From an uncultured Gammaproteobacteria bacterium (GTDB taxonomy: Bacteria > Patescibacteriota > Patescibacteriia > Magasanikbacterales > JBBTQS01): a stretch of 24,323 nucleotides of DNA. The notes below the pieces were generated by a model. It did not search any database. It was given only the letters and a program-made list of their open reading frames with translations, and was not told the origin of the DNA. The stretch covers positions 1,858-26,180 of the forward strand of contig CAYZOG010000006.1 of the NCBI GenBank assembly GCA_964480225.1. The letters run 5' to 3'. Positions 1 through 9,192 of the stretch are shown piece after piece. How positions within the stretch are numbered: position 1 is the stretch's first letter; each line of letters begins with the position of its first letter. The translations under genes and the position numbers were made by a program.

Positions 1-1
1 T

Positions 2-334
2 ATCCGTGGATCGTTTTTCATGATTCGGAAAGAGGTGATTGAAAAGTTGGGTGGATTGGACGAGCGATATTTTATTTGGTTTGAAGAAGTGGATTATTGT
101 AAGCAGGTATGGGAAGCAGGATGGAAAGTGATGTACACACCAGCTGCGCGATGCGTGGATTATGTTGGAAGAAGTTTTTCACTGGTGTCTGGATTGAAGA
201 AACAAAAATATTTCACAGACAGCATGCTGAAGTATTTTAAAAAGTGGCACAAAGGCTCTGCATGGATTATTGCATTGCTGCGGCCAAAAGCGTTGGCTAT
301 GGCATGGTTTGCAGAGAAGGTTCGTAAAAAATAG
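2..334 (+). CDS. GT2 family glycosyltransferase, C-terminal part (truncated at window start)
   Basis: Frame open from position 2 (IRGSFFMIRKEVIEKLGGLDERYFIWFEEVDYC); GxFDE-x-F-x-x-x-EE/D-D motif of GT2 rhamnosyltransferase-like enzymes; TAG 332-334. Confidence 0.85.
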   Translation: MRGSFFMIRKEVIEKLGGLDERYFIWFEEVDYCKQVWEAGWKVMYTPAARCVDYVGRSFSLVSGLKKQKYFTDSMLKYFKKWHKGSAWIIALLRPKALAMAWFAEKVRKK

Positions 335-335
335 T

Positions 336-1397
336 ATGGCAAAATTGACGATCAATTTGGTGACATGGAACGGAGCAAAGTATATTCCGTATTTGTTTGA
401 TTCTTTACGAAAGCAAGCGTTCCAGGATTTTGAGGTTCAGGTTTTGGATAACGGCTCAACAGATGGAACGCGTGAGGTGATTAACACAGAAATTGAAAAG
501 TCTCAGTTTGAGGTGCATACCATTGCACGGGAGACTAACACCGGGTTTGTTGGCGGGCACAATCAGTTGTTTAGAAAAACACAGTCAGAATATGTGTTGC
601 TGTGTAATCAGGATATGTATTTGCAACCTGATTATTGTGAGCGGCTGGTACAGGCGCTTGATGTGCGGCCAAAAGCTGGTTCTGTGTCTGGGCGATTGAT
701 GAAGTGGGAGTTTGCTGGTTTGGCAGATTCTCCAGGTGCACTTGAGAGAAGTTTTACCCAATACATTGATACGCTTGGTTTACGAATCTTCCGCTCACGA
801 CGAGTGGTAGATTGGTATGCTGGAGGACGTTGGCCAGATTTGGAGTCTCGTATTACTGCGCAAGGGCAGTTGATTGAAGTGTTTGGTGTGTCTGGTGCAT
901 TGCCAATATACAGAATGAGTGCGTTGAATGCAGTTGCGTTTGAAGGTGATGTATTTGATCCAACATACTTTGCATACAAAGAAGATGTGGACTTGGCGTG
1001 GCGTTTAAGAATTAATGGATGGACAGCGCACACAGACACTGCAGCTGTGGCACATCATGATAGATCTGCAGCAGAAGGTGGAATGGGAGACACAGATGCG
1101 GCAAAGAATAGAAAGAATAAATCTGCAATTGCTAATTATCATTCATACAAAAATCACATTGCAACAGTGTTGAAGAATGTGTATTGGTCAAACTATTTGA
1201 AGGACTGGCCATGGATTGAGTGGTATGAGATCAAGAAGTTTGGCTATCTCATGTTGTTTGATTTTAAAACATGGAAAGGGTTTTGGAGTTTGATGTTGCA
1301 GTGGCCGGCGTTGCGGCACAAGAGAAGTTTCGTGAAAACAATTAGGAAAGTGAAGGCAAAGGAAATCAGAGTATGGTGGACACAAAAGCAAAAGTAG
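336..1397 (+). CDS. GT2 family glycosyltransferase
   Basis: INLVTWNG, VLDNGSTDG, NTGFVGGHN, LCNQD and FAYKEDVDLAWR motifs. ATG 336 lies 1 nt after the previous stop; the ORF-track start at 270 is an overextension. Confidence 0.9.
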   Translation: MAKLTINLVTWNGAKYIPYLFDSLRKQAFQDFEVQVLDNGSTDGTREVINTEIEKSQFEVHTIARETNTGFVGGHNQLFRKTQSEYVLLCNQDMYLQPDYCERLVQALDVRPKAGSVSGRLMKWEFAGLADSPGALERSFTQYIDTLGLRIFRSRRVVDWYAGGRWPDLESRITAQGQLIEVFGVSGALPIYRMSALNAVAFEGDVFDPTYFAYKEDVDLAWRLRINGWTAHTDTAAVAHHDRSAAEGGMGDTDAAKNRKNKSAIANYHSYKNHIATVLKNVYWSNYLKDWPWIEWYEIKKFGYLMLFDFKTWKGFWSLMLQWPALRHKRSFVKTIRKVKAKEIRVWWTQKQK

Positions 1398-2221
1398 ATT
1401 TGGCCATCATCATGGTGAACTACAACATGCGGGATGATATCCTTGCGTGTTTGCAGACTTTGAAACAAGACATTGCGCAAACCAATCTCAACATTAAGGT
1501 TGTGGTTGTTGATAATGGTTCTACTGATAATTTGGGGCGCGTGTTGACGAACCAATATCCAGAAGTGTTGTTTGTTCCAACTGGCGAGAATCTTGGGTAT
1601 GGAAAAGGGAACAATGTTGGGTTTGCGTCAGTTGATGCAACGTACTATTTGGTGTTGAACCCAGACACTAAGATGGTGCAGCCTAAGACTCTGGAGCGAA
1701 TGTACAACTGGATGGAGAAGAATGATCAGGTGGGGATGTTTGGGCCAAAGTTGTATTACCCGGACGGAACATTGCAGTTGAGTTGTTTTAGATTTCCAAA
1801 GTTTTTGGACAAGCCAATGCGTCAGTTGAAGTTGGAATGGATTGAGTCTGTGCGCAAGCGGATTGATTTTTTCATGATGAAAGATTTTGATCATCAGACG
1901 GCGCGGCCGGTAGACTGGTTAATGGGGAGCGCGTTGTTTATCAGAAAAACCACACTGGATGAGGTTGGTGGGTTTGATGACAACTTCTTCATGTACTTTG
2001 AGGACTGTGATCTAGCGCGACGGTTTTGGCAGCATCATTGGCCAGTATATTATGTTCCAGAAATTGTTATTGAGCATGTGCATCAGCGTGCGACTACAAA
2101 GTCTGGTGGTGTGATTAGGTCATTGTTCACCAGTCGACTGGCTAGAGAGCATATGAAGAGTTGGTTGTATTACTATAAAAAATGGCGAGGACAACATCCT
2201 AAGCCAGGAAGTTTGATGTAA
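1373..2221 (+). CDS. GT2 family glycosyltransferase (WbbL-like)
   Basis: VVVDNGSTD, NLGYGKGNN, VLNPD, DWLMGSALF and GGFDDNFFMYFEDCD motifs. Confidence 0.9.
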   Translation: MVDTKAKVDLAIIMVNYNMRDDILACLQTLKQDIAQTNLNIKVVVVDNGSTDNLGRVLTNQYPEVLFVPTGENLGYGKGNNVGFASVDATYYLVLNPDTKMVQPKTLERMYNWMEKNDQVGMFGPKLYYPDGTLQLSCFRFPKFLDKPMRQLKLEWIESVRKRIDFFMMKDFDHQTARPVDWLMGSALFIRKTTLDEVGGFDDNFFMYFEDCDLARRFWQHHWPVYYVPEIVIEHVHQRATTKSGGVIRSLFTSRLAREHMKSWLYYYKKWRGQHPKPGSLM

Positions 2222-2223
2222 AT

Positions 2224-3318
2224 ATGAGACCGAGAATTGCCGTCATCTATTTGTCGTTTCATTGTGAGCCATACATGCCTATGGTGCTTCCTGCTATGGA
2301 GGCAATCACATATCCAAAAGATCGGATTGAGTTTGTGATTGTGGACAATCCACATCCTAAGCATGGTTCGTCAGTAGAATTTTTGGAGCGGGAAGTCATG
2401 CCAAAGTCTGAGCAGACTCTACCAAAAGTGACTATCATTTCGAATGAAACTAACCTTGGGTTTGCAGAAGGAAACAATGTTGGTGTTGATTACGCAATTG
2501 CGCAGAAGTTTGATTATGTTTTCTTTTTGAACAATGACGCATACCCAGAGCCAGACGCGTTTGAAAAACTTGTAGACGCGTTTGAAGAAGATCCAACTAT
2601 TGGAATTGCACAATCGTTTTTGCTGTTGCATAAAGATCCGCATGCAATTAACACCGCAGGAAACGCAATTCACTTTTTGGGATTTGGGTACGGCCTAGAT
2701 TATAAACTAGATGAACGAAATCAAAGTTACCCAGCAGTTGGTGATGTTGGATATGCAAGTGGTGCGGCATTTATGATTCCAGTTCCACTTCTTGAAAAGA
2801 TTGGCGGGTGGCATGATGGATTTTATTTGTATCATGAGGACATGGAATTTTCTTTGCGCGCGAGAATGCTAGAGAATAAGCGCGTGGTCATGGTGAGAGA
2901 TAGTCGTGTGCATCATGATTATGATTTCTTGAGAAGCATCACCAAATACTACTGGATGGAGCGCAACCGATTTGCAACATGGTTGATGTACATGAAATGG
3001 AAAACGTTGTTGATCTTGTTCCCAGGATGGTTGCTTATGGAGTTTGCGCATTTAGTATTTTCTTTGATGCGCGGATGGAACAAAGAAAAGTGGCGAGTGT
3101 ACTGGTATTGGCTTCAACCTAAGAACTGGAAGTATTGGTTGGGCGAGCGAAAAAAGATTCAGAAGGCTCGGCAAATTACGGACAAAGAATTGATGAAAAA
3201 CTTTGTTGGGAAGATTATGTTCCAAGAAGATGCGGTGGAAAGTCCTTTGCTGAAGTACATTGGAAACCCAATTTTTAATACCTATTGGACAATTGCCAGG
3301 AAGGTGATTTTCTGGTAG
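2224..3318 (+). CDS. GT2 family glycosyltransferase
   Basis: VIVDN, NLGFAEGNNVG, FLNND, YASGAAF and FYLYHEDMEFSLR motifs. Confidence 0.9.
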   Translation: MRPRIAVIYLSFHCEPYMPMVLPAMEAITYPKDRIEFVIVDNPHPKHGSSVEFLEREVMPKSEQTLPKVTIISNETNLGFAEGNNVGVDYAIAQKFDYVFFLNNDAYPEPDAFEKLVDAFEEDPTIGIAQSFLLLHKDPHAINTAGNAIHFLGFGYGLDYKLDERNQSYPAVGDVGYASGAAFMIPVPLLEKIGGWHDGFYLYHEDMEFSLRARMLENKRVVMVRDSRVHHDYDFLRSITKYYWMERNRFATWLMYMKWKTLLILFPGWLLMEFAHLVFSLMRGWNKEKWRVYWYWLQPKNWKYWLGERKKIQKARQITDKELMKNFVGKIMFQEDAVESPLLKYIGNPIFNTYWTIARKVIFW

Positions 3319-3328
3319 GGTGGCGTAT

Positions 3329-4408
3329 ATGAAAGCTTTGCTAACTGGTGGTGGGCGCGCGACTCGGCTTCGTCCAATCACAGAGACAATTAACAAGCAC
3401 CTGATTCCATTGGCAAACAAGCCAATGATTGTTCATGCTATTGAAAAGGTGAAGGCGGCCGGGATCACTGACATTATCATCAATACAAACCCTGGCGAAT
3501 CTGCTCTGGAGGATTATTTGGGAGATGGATCAGATTACGGTGTGAAGTTGACCTATTGTGAGCAGAAGGGCGGTCCGCTTGGTTTGGCGCATGTGCCAAC
3601 GTGTGCTCGTGAATTGCTTGAGGGTGAGCCATTTTTGTTCTATTTGAGTGACAACATTATCTTGGGTGAGATTAATCACTTTGTGGATAAGTTTGTAAAT
3701 GAAAAACACAACGCCATGTTGGCATTTGCCAAGGTAAAAGATCCGCAGCGATTTGGTGTGCCAGAGTTTGATGCAAGCGGAAAGTTGATTGGCATGGCAG
3801 AGAAGCCGGAGAATCCGCAGAGTGATTTTGCCATCACTGGTATCTACATGTTTGATGGAGATTACTTTAAGGCGTTTGATACATTGGAGCCAAGTGCGCG
3901 TGGTGAGTATGAGATTACTGGTGTGCAGTCTTGGTATTTGAATCAAGGAAAGTCTGTTGGCTGGGAAGAGATCACTGGCTGGTGGAAAGATACTGGAAAG
4001 GCAGAGGACTTGCTTGAAGGAAATCAGTTGCTGTTGCATGAGTTGACTCGTGATGAAGTATTTAACCACGCAAAGATTGGTGACCGAGTTTCTATTCAAG
4101 GACGAGTACAGATTGGTGAAGGAACTGTGATTGATGAGAATGTGTTGATCCGTGGGCCGGTCTCAATTGGAAAAAACTGTACGATTAAAAATAGTTACAT
4201 TGGTCCGTACACCTCAATTGGTGAAGGAAGTGAGATCTACAACACAGAGCTAGAGAATAGTGTGATTTTGGAAAAGGTAGATATCAACTCCAATGTGAGA
4301 ATCGTGGATTCACTGATTGGAAAGAACGTGACTATTGTCCCAACACATCAAACATTGCCGTCCGGGCATAAAATGATTTTGGGGGACAATTCCATGATTG
4401 AGTTATAA
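3329..4408 (+). CDS. rmlA: Glucose-1-phosphate thymidylyltransferase, long form with C-terminal left-handed beta-helix
   Basis: GGxATRLRPIT..NKHLIPLANKP, PSARGEYEIT, WWKDTG, then hexapeptide repeats (IGEGTVI, IGKNCTI, IGPYTSIG); ATG 3329 gives MKALLTGGG. Confidence 0.85.
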   Translation: MKALLTGGGRATRLRPITETINKHLIPLANKPMIVHAIEKVKAAGITDIIINTNPGESALEDYLGDGSDYGVKLTYCEQKGGPLGLAHVPTCARELLEGEPFLFYLSDNIILGEINHFVDKFVNEKHNAMLAFAKVKDPQRFGVPEFDASGKLIGMAEKPENPQSDFAITGIYMFDGDYFKAFDTLEPSARGEYEITGVQSWYLNQGKSVGWEEITGWWKDTGKAEDLLEGNQLLLHELTRDEVFNHAKIGDRVSIQGRVQIGEGTVIDENVLIRGPVSIGKNCTIKNSYIGPYTSIGEGSEIYNTELENSVILEKVDINSNVRIVDSLIGKNVTIVPTHQTLPSGHKMILGDNSMIEL

Positions 4409-4437
4409 AAAACCGCTGCTCTGGGCAGCGGTTTTTT
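4407..4437. terminator. Bidirectional intrinsic terminator
   Basis: AAAAAACCGCTGC-TCTGG-GCAGCGGTTTTTT between convergent stop codons. Confidence 0.9.
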
Positions 4438-4439
4438 AT

Positions 4440-5699
4440 TTACTGGATTTCAAACTCAACTAAGTGGTAGGTGCCGTCTTCATGTGGCGCTGTTTTTGCA
4501 AGAAGTGTTTCTGCATCACGAAGCGCGATGTCAGTATAGGTATATGTGGTGTCCAGTGTGAACTGGTTTCGTGCATCGCGGCCATCAAACTCAATTAGTC
4601 TGATCTGTCCGTTGATTAGTGCTGCGGCATAGCCAGTATCTTCTACAATGAGTGTTTGTTCGATAGGTTCGCTAGTTCTGATAAGAAGTGAAAAATCATC
4701 ACCTTCTTTAAGCCAGATCTCTGATGTGTTGGCAAACATCAAGATGTCGTCACGAGTTTCAAACTGCTGCGCATCAAACGGTAACGCCATCACACCGTCC
4801 ACTGTCACCGCAAACATGGTTTGGGTGCTCACATTTCTGATGTAAAGTGTGTTGTCGTGCTCAACAGTGTATGCGTATCGCCCAGGAGGAAGTGAATGCT
4901 CTGCGCCACGATACTCCACAACATTCTCTGTGATCGTGGTGTTTTCCTCAGTGACGGTTCCTGGCAAGTACGGCTCTTCAATAACTTTGCTGATGGTGTG
5001 GAACAACTGAAGCTCGCCTGAAGCGTCTTCCACAATGGCCAACCATGGACGAGGCTCATGCCACGCAACAAATTCTACCCGCTCTCCATCCGTGGTTTGT
5101 AGCGCAGTGATTTCATCTGGTCGAGAAACTGAAAACAAATATGAATTTCCAAGGATGGCTCGTTCACCAGTTGGGTTCCAAGTGATTGTTGTTTCTGCAG
5201 AACCTTCTGGAAACGCAATCGACGTGGTTGTGCTTTCTGTGATCAGGTCTACAGTTTGCGTTTTGGTATTAACCAGGAGGGTTCTTTCACCAGTTGGTGA
5301 GATGGCAAACGTTGCGGCACTAGAAAGCAGCTGCTTTGCCGTCATGTTTTTAAACAATGTGGTGTTGATGAATGTGCTTTGCTTTGCAGTTACATCAACC
5401 ATTTTTTCCCAAGTGAAATATCCTTCTTGAGAGATTTCGACAGTAATTGGTTTTGGAATAAGCCGAATCACGCGCAATGGATTTTCTGTGTGCGAATTTC
5501 CATCAACCGTAATGGTCACATCTTCAGGCTCAACCCGAACAATCAGCGACCCAGTGGTGACAAACGATTTACTTGGCCAATGAATGGTATATCCAGACCC
5601 ATAGAGTAGAACCATGCTGGTCACCGCACCAAAAAGCACCACAAAAAACAGCCATAGGGCGATGCGGAAACGATAGTATTTGTGCGTTTGCTTTTGCAT
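4440..5699 (-). CDS. N-terminally membrane-anchored PEGA-domain surface protein
   Basis: TM helix (IALWLFFVVLFGAVTSMVLLYGSGY), then PEGA-like TGSLIVRVEPEDVTITVDG...EISQEGYFTWEK, then a beta-rich region. Confidence 0.75.
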   Translation of the reverse strand: MQKQTHKYYRFRIALWLFFVVLFGAVTSMVLLYGSGYTIHWPSKSFVTTGSLIVRVEPEDVTITVDGNSHTENPLRVIRLIPKPITVEISQEGYFTWEKMVDVTAKQSTFINTTLFKNMTAKQLLSSAATFAISPTGERTLLVNTKTQTVDLITESTTTSIAFPEGSAETTITWNPTGERAILGNSYLFSVSRPDEITALQTTDGERVEFVAWHEPRPWLAIVEDASGELQLFHTISKVIEEPYLPGTVTEENTTITENVVEYRGAEHSLPPGRYAYTVEHDNTLYIRNVSTQTMFAVTVDGVMALPFDAQQFETRDDILMFANTSEIWLKEGDDFSLLIRTSEPIEQTLIVEDTGYAAALINGQIRLIEFDGRDARNQFTLDTTYTYTDIALRDAETLLAKTAPHEDGTYHLVEFEIQ

Positions 5700-5716
5700 T
5701 AAGGATACGGTACACT
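5688..5716 (+). promoter_or_regulatory. Predicted sigma70 promoter of the murA operon
   Basis: TTGCTT-17 nt-TACACT; the -35 lies inside the start of the opposite-strand PEGA gene. Confidence 0.5.
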
Positions 5717-5729
5717 AGCTATGTTTCTT

Positions 5730-7001
5730 ATGCAATGGTATACGATCAATGGCCAGAAGCCGCTTAGTGGAGAAATTGCGGTGTCTGGAGCTAAAAACTT
5801 TGCACTCAAGATTGTGGGTGCGGCCCTCATGACCGATGGGCCACTTTTGGTTACTCGAGTTCCTGAGATTGAGGATATGCATCGGATGTTGGAAATCATG
5901 GAGAGTCTTGGGGTGAGCGTGACGCATGACGCGCATAACCACACTGTGACTATTGATGCTAGCACAACCAAGACTGGGGACATGTGTGCGTCTGGAGCCG
6001 GAAAGTTGAGAGGTTCTGTGATGTTGATTGGGCCGTTAATGCATAGACTTGGGTCAGTGAGTATTCCTCATCCTGGTGGATGTGTACTTGGAAAGCGCCC
6101 GATTGATTTGTTTATCAGAGGATACAAAGCGCTTGGTGCGACAGTTGAGGAGAATGAGCGATCATTTACATTTAGTGCTAAGGAATTGACTGGTGCCAAG
6201 ATTGTGATGCCGGTAATTAGTCATACTGCGACAGAGGCGTTGATGGTAACTGCGACTCGAGCAAAGGGGACTACCATCATTCATAATGCGTCACCAGAGC
6301 CGGAGGTTGCTGCGCTTGCTGATGCGTTGAATAGTTTGGGGGCAAAGATTACTGGAGCTGGAACACATACCATCACTATTGAAGGTGTGGATTCATTGTC
6401 TGGTGGTGAGGTTGCGTGTATCCCTGACAGACTTGAAACTGGAACATTTGCAATCATGGCAGCAGCAACTCGTTCTGAGATTACAATTACAGATTGTAAT
6501 CCAGGTCATGTTGAGTCGTTGTTGGCCACATTTGAACAGATGGGAATTCCGTTTTCTAGAACAGAGGACACACTGACTATTCACAAGTTTGATGGCGAAC
6601 TTTCTGCATCAGATATCAAAACGCACGAGTATCCAGGATTTGCTACAGATTATCAGGCGCCAATGACCGTGTTGTTGACTCAGGCCAAGGGAACCTCAAT
6701 GGTACATGAGACTATTTTTGATGGGCGGTTGTTCTACACAGATTTGCTTAACAGAATGGGCGCAAGCATTGTGATGTGTGATCCACATCGTGTGTTGGTG
6801 CAAGGACCAACTCCGTTGCGTGGAAAGACATTGGAAAGCCCAGATATTAGAGCTGGAATTGCCATGGTGATTGCCGGTCTTATTGCTAAGGGTGAAACAA
6901 CAATTCACAACATTTATCAGATTGAAAGAGGGTATGAGCGCATTGATGAGCGTTTGCGGGCATTGGGCGCAGATATTACTCGACACACAAGTGAGGATTA
7001 A
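5730..7001 (+). CDS. murA: UDP-N-acetylglucosamine 1-carboxyvinyltransferase
   Basis: SGAKN, PGGCVLGKRPID (catalytic Cys), PDRLETGT, YPGFATDYQ, DIRAG and RGYERI motifs. ATG 5730 is preferred over 5721 because of the predicted -10 position. Confidence 0.97.
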   Translation: MQWYTINGQKPLSGEIAVSGAKNFALKIVGAALMTDGPLLVTRVPEIEDMHRMLEIMESLGVSVTHDAHNHTVTIDASTTKTGDMCASGAGKLRGSVMLIGPLMHRLGSVSIPHPGGCVLGKRPIDLFIRGYKALGATVEENERSFTFSAKELTGAKIVMPVISHTATEALMVTATRAKGTTIIHNASPEPEVAALADALNSLGAKITGAGTHTITIEGVDSLSGGEVACIPDRLETGTFAIMAAATRSEITITDCNPGHVESLLATFEQMGIPFSRTEDTLTIHKFDGELSASDIKTHEYPGFATDYQAPMTVLLTQAKGTSMVHETIFDGRLFYTDLLNRMGASIVMCDPHRVLVQGPTPLRGKTLESPDIRAGIAMVIAGLIAKGETTIHNIYQIERGYERIDERLRALGADITRHTSED

Positions 7002-7003
7002 AT

Positions 7004-8242
7004 ATGCCGTATCAGGAGTCACCAGCAGCCAGAAGATCTAAGAAATACGTAAGCACCTACATCAAAGTGATTGTAGGTATTGTCATTTTTGCTGCCGGAG
7101 TATATGCCGGGGCAGTAGGAAATGTTGGAGGTATTCAGGAGCGGGTTGTGCAGCGAGAGCTCACCAACTTGGATGCATTGTCAGATGGATTGAAAGAGCA
7201 GGTTGATGCTGAACTGTTTTGGACAGTGTGGAACTTGGTGCAGCAGAAATATGCCGGTGGAAAGCAAACAGATGTAGATTTGTTCTACGGAGCTATTGAA
7301 GGTGTTGTTGCGTCACTTGATGATCCATACTCAATTTTCTTGGAGCCAGAAATTACACAGCAGTTTGTGGATGATCTTTCAGGATCATTTGAAGGAATTG
7401 GAGCAGAAATTAGCAAGCGCGATGGTCGTTTGGTGATTGTGGCTCCGCTTGCTGGGTCTCCAGCAGAAGCTGGTGGGTTGTTGGCAGGTGATGTGATTGC
7501 AACAATTGATGGAGAAGATGCCTCACCACTTCCACTTGATGAAGCAGTAAGAAGAATTAGAGGAAAGCGCGGAACTGATGTTGTGTTTGAGATTTACAGA
7601 GAAGATGCTGAGGATTTGATTGATATTACTATTACTCGCGCACCAATTGAGTTGGTTACCGTTGCAATGGAGGAGTGGGACAATGGTGTGGTGTACGCGC
7701 AGCTTGCGCATTTTAATGAGCAGACATTGGATAAAATGGAGCCGGTGATTAAGGCTGCGCTAGATGATGGCGCAACTGGATTGATTTTGGATCTGCGTAA
7801 CAACCCAGGAGGATTTTTGGATGTTGCGGTTGATCTTTCTAGTGAGTGGCTTGCGGCTGGAGATGTTGTGGTAAAAGAAGACTTCAGCAATGGGAAAGAT
7901 GATTTGGTATACACCTCAACTGGAAAGCATCGGTTGGCTGATGTTCCAACTATGGTGTTGGTAAATGGAGGTTCTGCATCTGCGTCAGAGATTTTGGCCG
8001 GAGCATTGCAAGACCATCAAAAAGCTACAATTATTGGGCAGCAGACGTTTGGGAAAGGTTCGGTACAGGAATTCCAAACATTTAGTGACGGATCTAGCCT
8101 AAAGCTGACCGTTGCAAAATGGCTTACCCCAAATGGACGATCTATTGATGAAGAGGGGGTAATCCCAGATGAGATTGTGGAAGACTTGGGGCCAGGTGAA
8201 GACTTGGCTGTGGAGAAAGCGTTAGAGCTGTTGCTAAAGTAA
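7004..8242 (+). CDS. ctpA: S41 family carboxy-terminal processing protease (CtpA/Prc) with PDZ domain
   Basis: N-terminal TM, LDDPYS, FEGIGAEI (PDZ), LDLRNNPGG, GSASASEI and TFGKGSVQ motifs. Confidence 0.93.
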   Translation: MPYQESPAARRSKKYVSTYIKVIVGIVIFAAGVYAGAVGNVGGIQERVVQRELTNLDALSDGLKEQVDAELFWTVWNLVQQKYAGGKQTDVDLFYGAIEGVVASLDDPYSIFLEPEITQQFVDDLSGSFEGIGAEISKRDGRLVIVAPLAGSPAEAGGLLAGDVIATIDGEDASPLPLDEAVRRIRGKRGTDVVFEIYREDAEDLIDITITRAPIELVTVAMEEWDNGVVYAQLAHFNEQTLDKMEPVIKAALDDGATGLILDLRNNPGGFLDVAVDLSSEWLAAGDVVVKEDFSNGKDDLVYTSTGKHRLADVPTMVLVNGGSASASEILAGALQDHQKATIIGQQTFGKGSVQEFQTFSDGSSLKLTVAKWLTPNGRSIDEEGVIPDEIVEDLGPGEDLAVEKALELLLK

Positions 8243-8592
8243 TGACCATCACAGGTAAGGTAATCCAAGGATTACAGGAGGGTAGAAAGTTGGGATATCC
8301 AACGGCCAATCTTGAATATGAAAGTGAAAAGCCACTTGAGTCTGGTGTGTATGCCAGCCGAGTGGTTTTTGATTCGGTAGAGTATATCGGGGCCCTGGTT
8401 ATTGGTGGAAACTTTAAAACAGAGCTGCCGTTGAAGTTTGAGGTGTATCTCCTGGATTTTGAGGGAGACCTGTATGGGGAGGAATTGAAGGTGTGCGTGC
8501 TTGACAAGGTGAGGAATCTGGAGCAATTTGAAAGTAGGGAAGCGCTCATTGAGCAGATTGAGCGCGACATTATCGCTATTAGAGCGTTGTAA
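8242..8592 (+). CDS. Stand-alone riboflavin kinase (RibF C-terminal domain only)
   Basis: GRKLGYPTAN, EVYLLDFEGDLYG and VRNLEQF..REALIEQIERDI motifs; 116 aa with no FAD synthetase domain; TAATG coupling to ctpA. Confidence 0.9.
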   Translation: MTITGKVIQGLQEGRKLGYPTANLEYESEKPLESGVYASRVVFDSVEYIGALVIGGNFKTELPLKFEVYLLDFEGDLYGEELKVCVLDKVRNLEQFESREALIEQIERDIIAIRAL

Positions 8593-8594
8593 GT

Positions 8595-9191
8595 ATGTTT
8601 ACTGGGATCATCCATCATATTGGGACAATTACATCTCTGACGCCAAAAGAAGAGGGGTTTTTGGTGGTGATCAAGAATTCAGAGGTGGCGCAGTTGTCTG
8701 CGGTGTCACATAGCGTGGCAATTTCTGGTGTGTGTTTGACTGTGATTGAAAATACTGGTGATGAACTTACGTTTGAGGTTGGTCCAGAAACATTGCGAAA
8801 AACCACACTTGGCAAGCGTCAGGTGGGGGATAAAGTAAACATGGAAACGTCGTTGCGAGCCGGTGATGAGATTGGTGGGCATTTTGTGTACGGGCATGTT
8901 GATGCGGTTGGAGAGGTTGTGGGTTGGGAGCCAGATGGTGACACTATGATGTTGACCATTAAGCCGCCAAAAGATCATATGAAGTATTTTGCTCCACAAG
9001 GGTCAGTTTCTATTGATGGTGTGAGTTTGACTGTGGCTCGGCTGAATGATGAAACCTTTGGCATCATGTTGTTGGAGTACACGCTAACGCACACGACATT
9101 GAGTCAGTTGAGTGTGGGGTCTGCAGTGAATATTGAGGTGGACATGATGATTAAATACATGGAGCGCGTTGCCGAACCTTTTTCTAAATAA
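8595..9191 (+). CDS. ribE: Riboflavin synthase (alpha type)
   Basis: MFTGII N-terminus, SGVCLTV, ETLRKTTLG, GGHFVYGHVD, GSVSIDGVSLTV and VNIEVD motifs. Confidence 0.96.
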   Translation: MFTGIIHHIGTITSLTPKEEGFLVVIKNSEVAQLSAVSHSVAISGVCLTVIENTGDELTFEVGPETLRKTTLGKRQVGDKVNMETSLRAGDEIGGHFVYGHVDAVGEVVGWEPDGDTMMLTIKPPKDHMKYFAPQGSVSIDGVSLTVARLNDETFGIMLLEYTLTHTTLSQLSVGSAVNIEVDMMIKYMERVAEPFSK

Positions 9192-9192
9192 T

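Noticed and set aside
8200-8600. FMN riboswitch controlling the rib genes
   Set aside because: No intergenic space; the genes overlap or are 2 nt apart.
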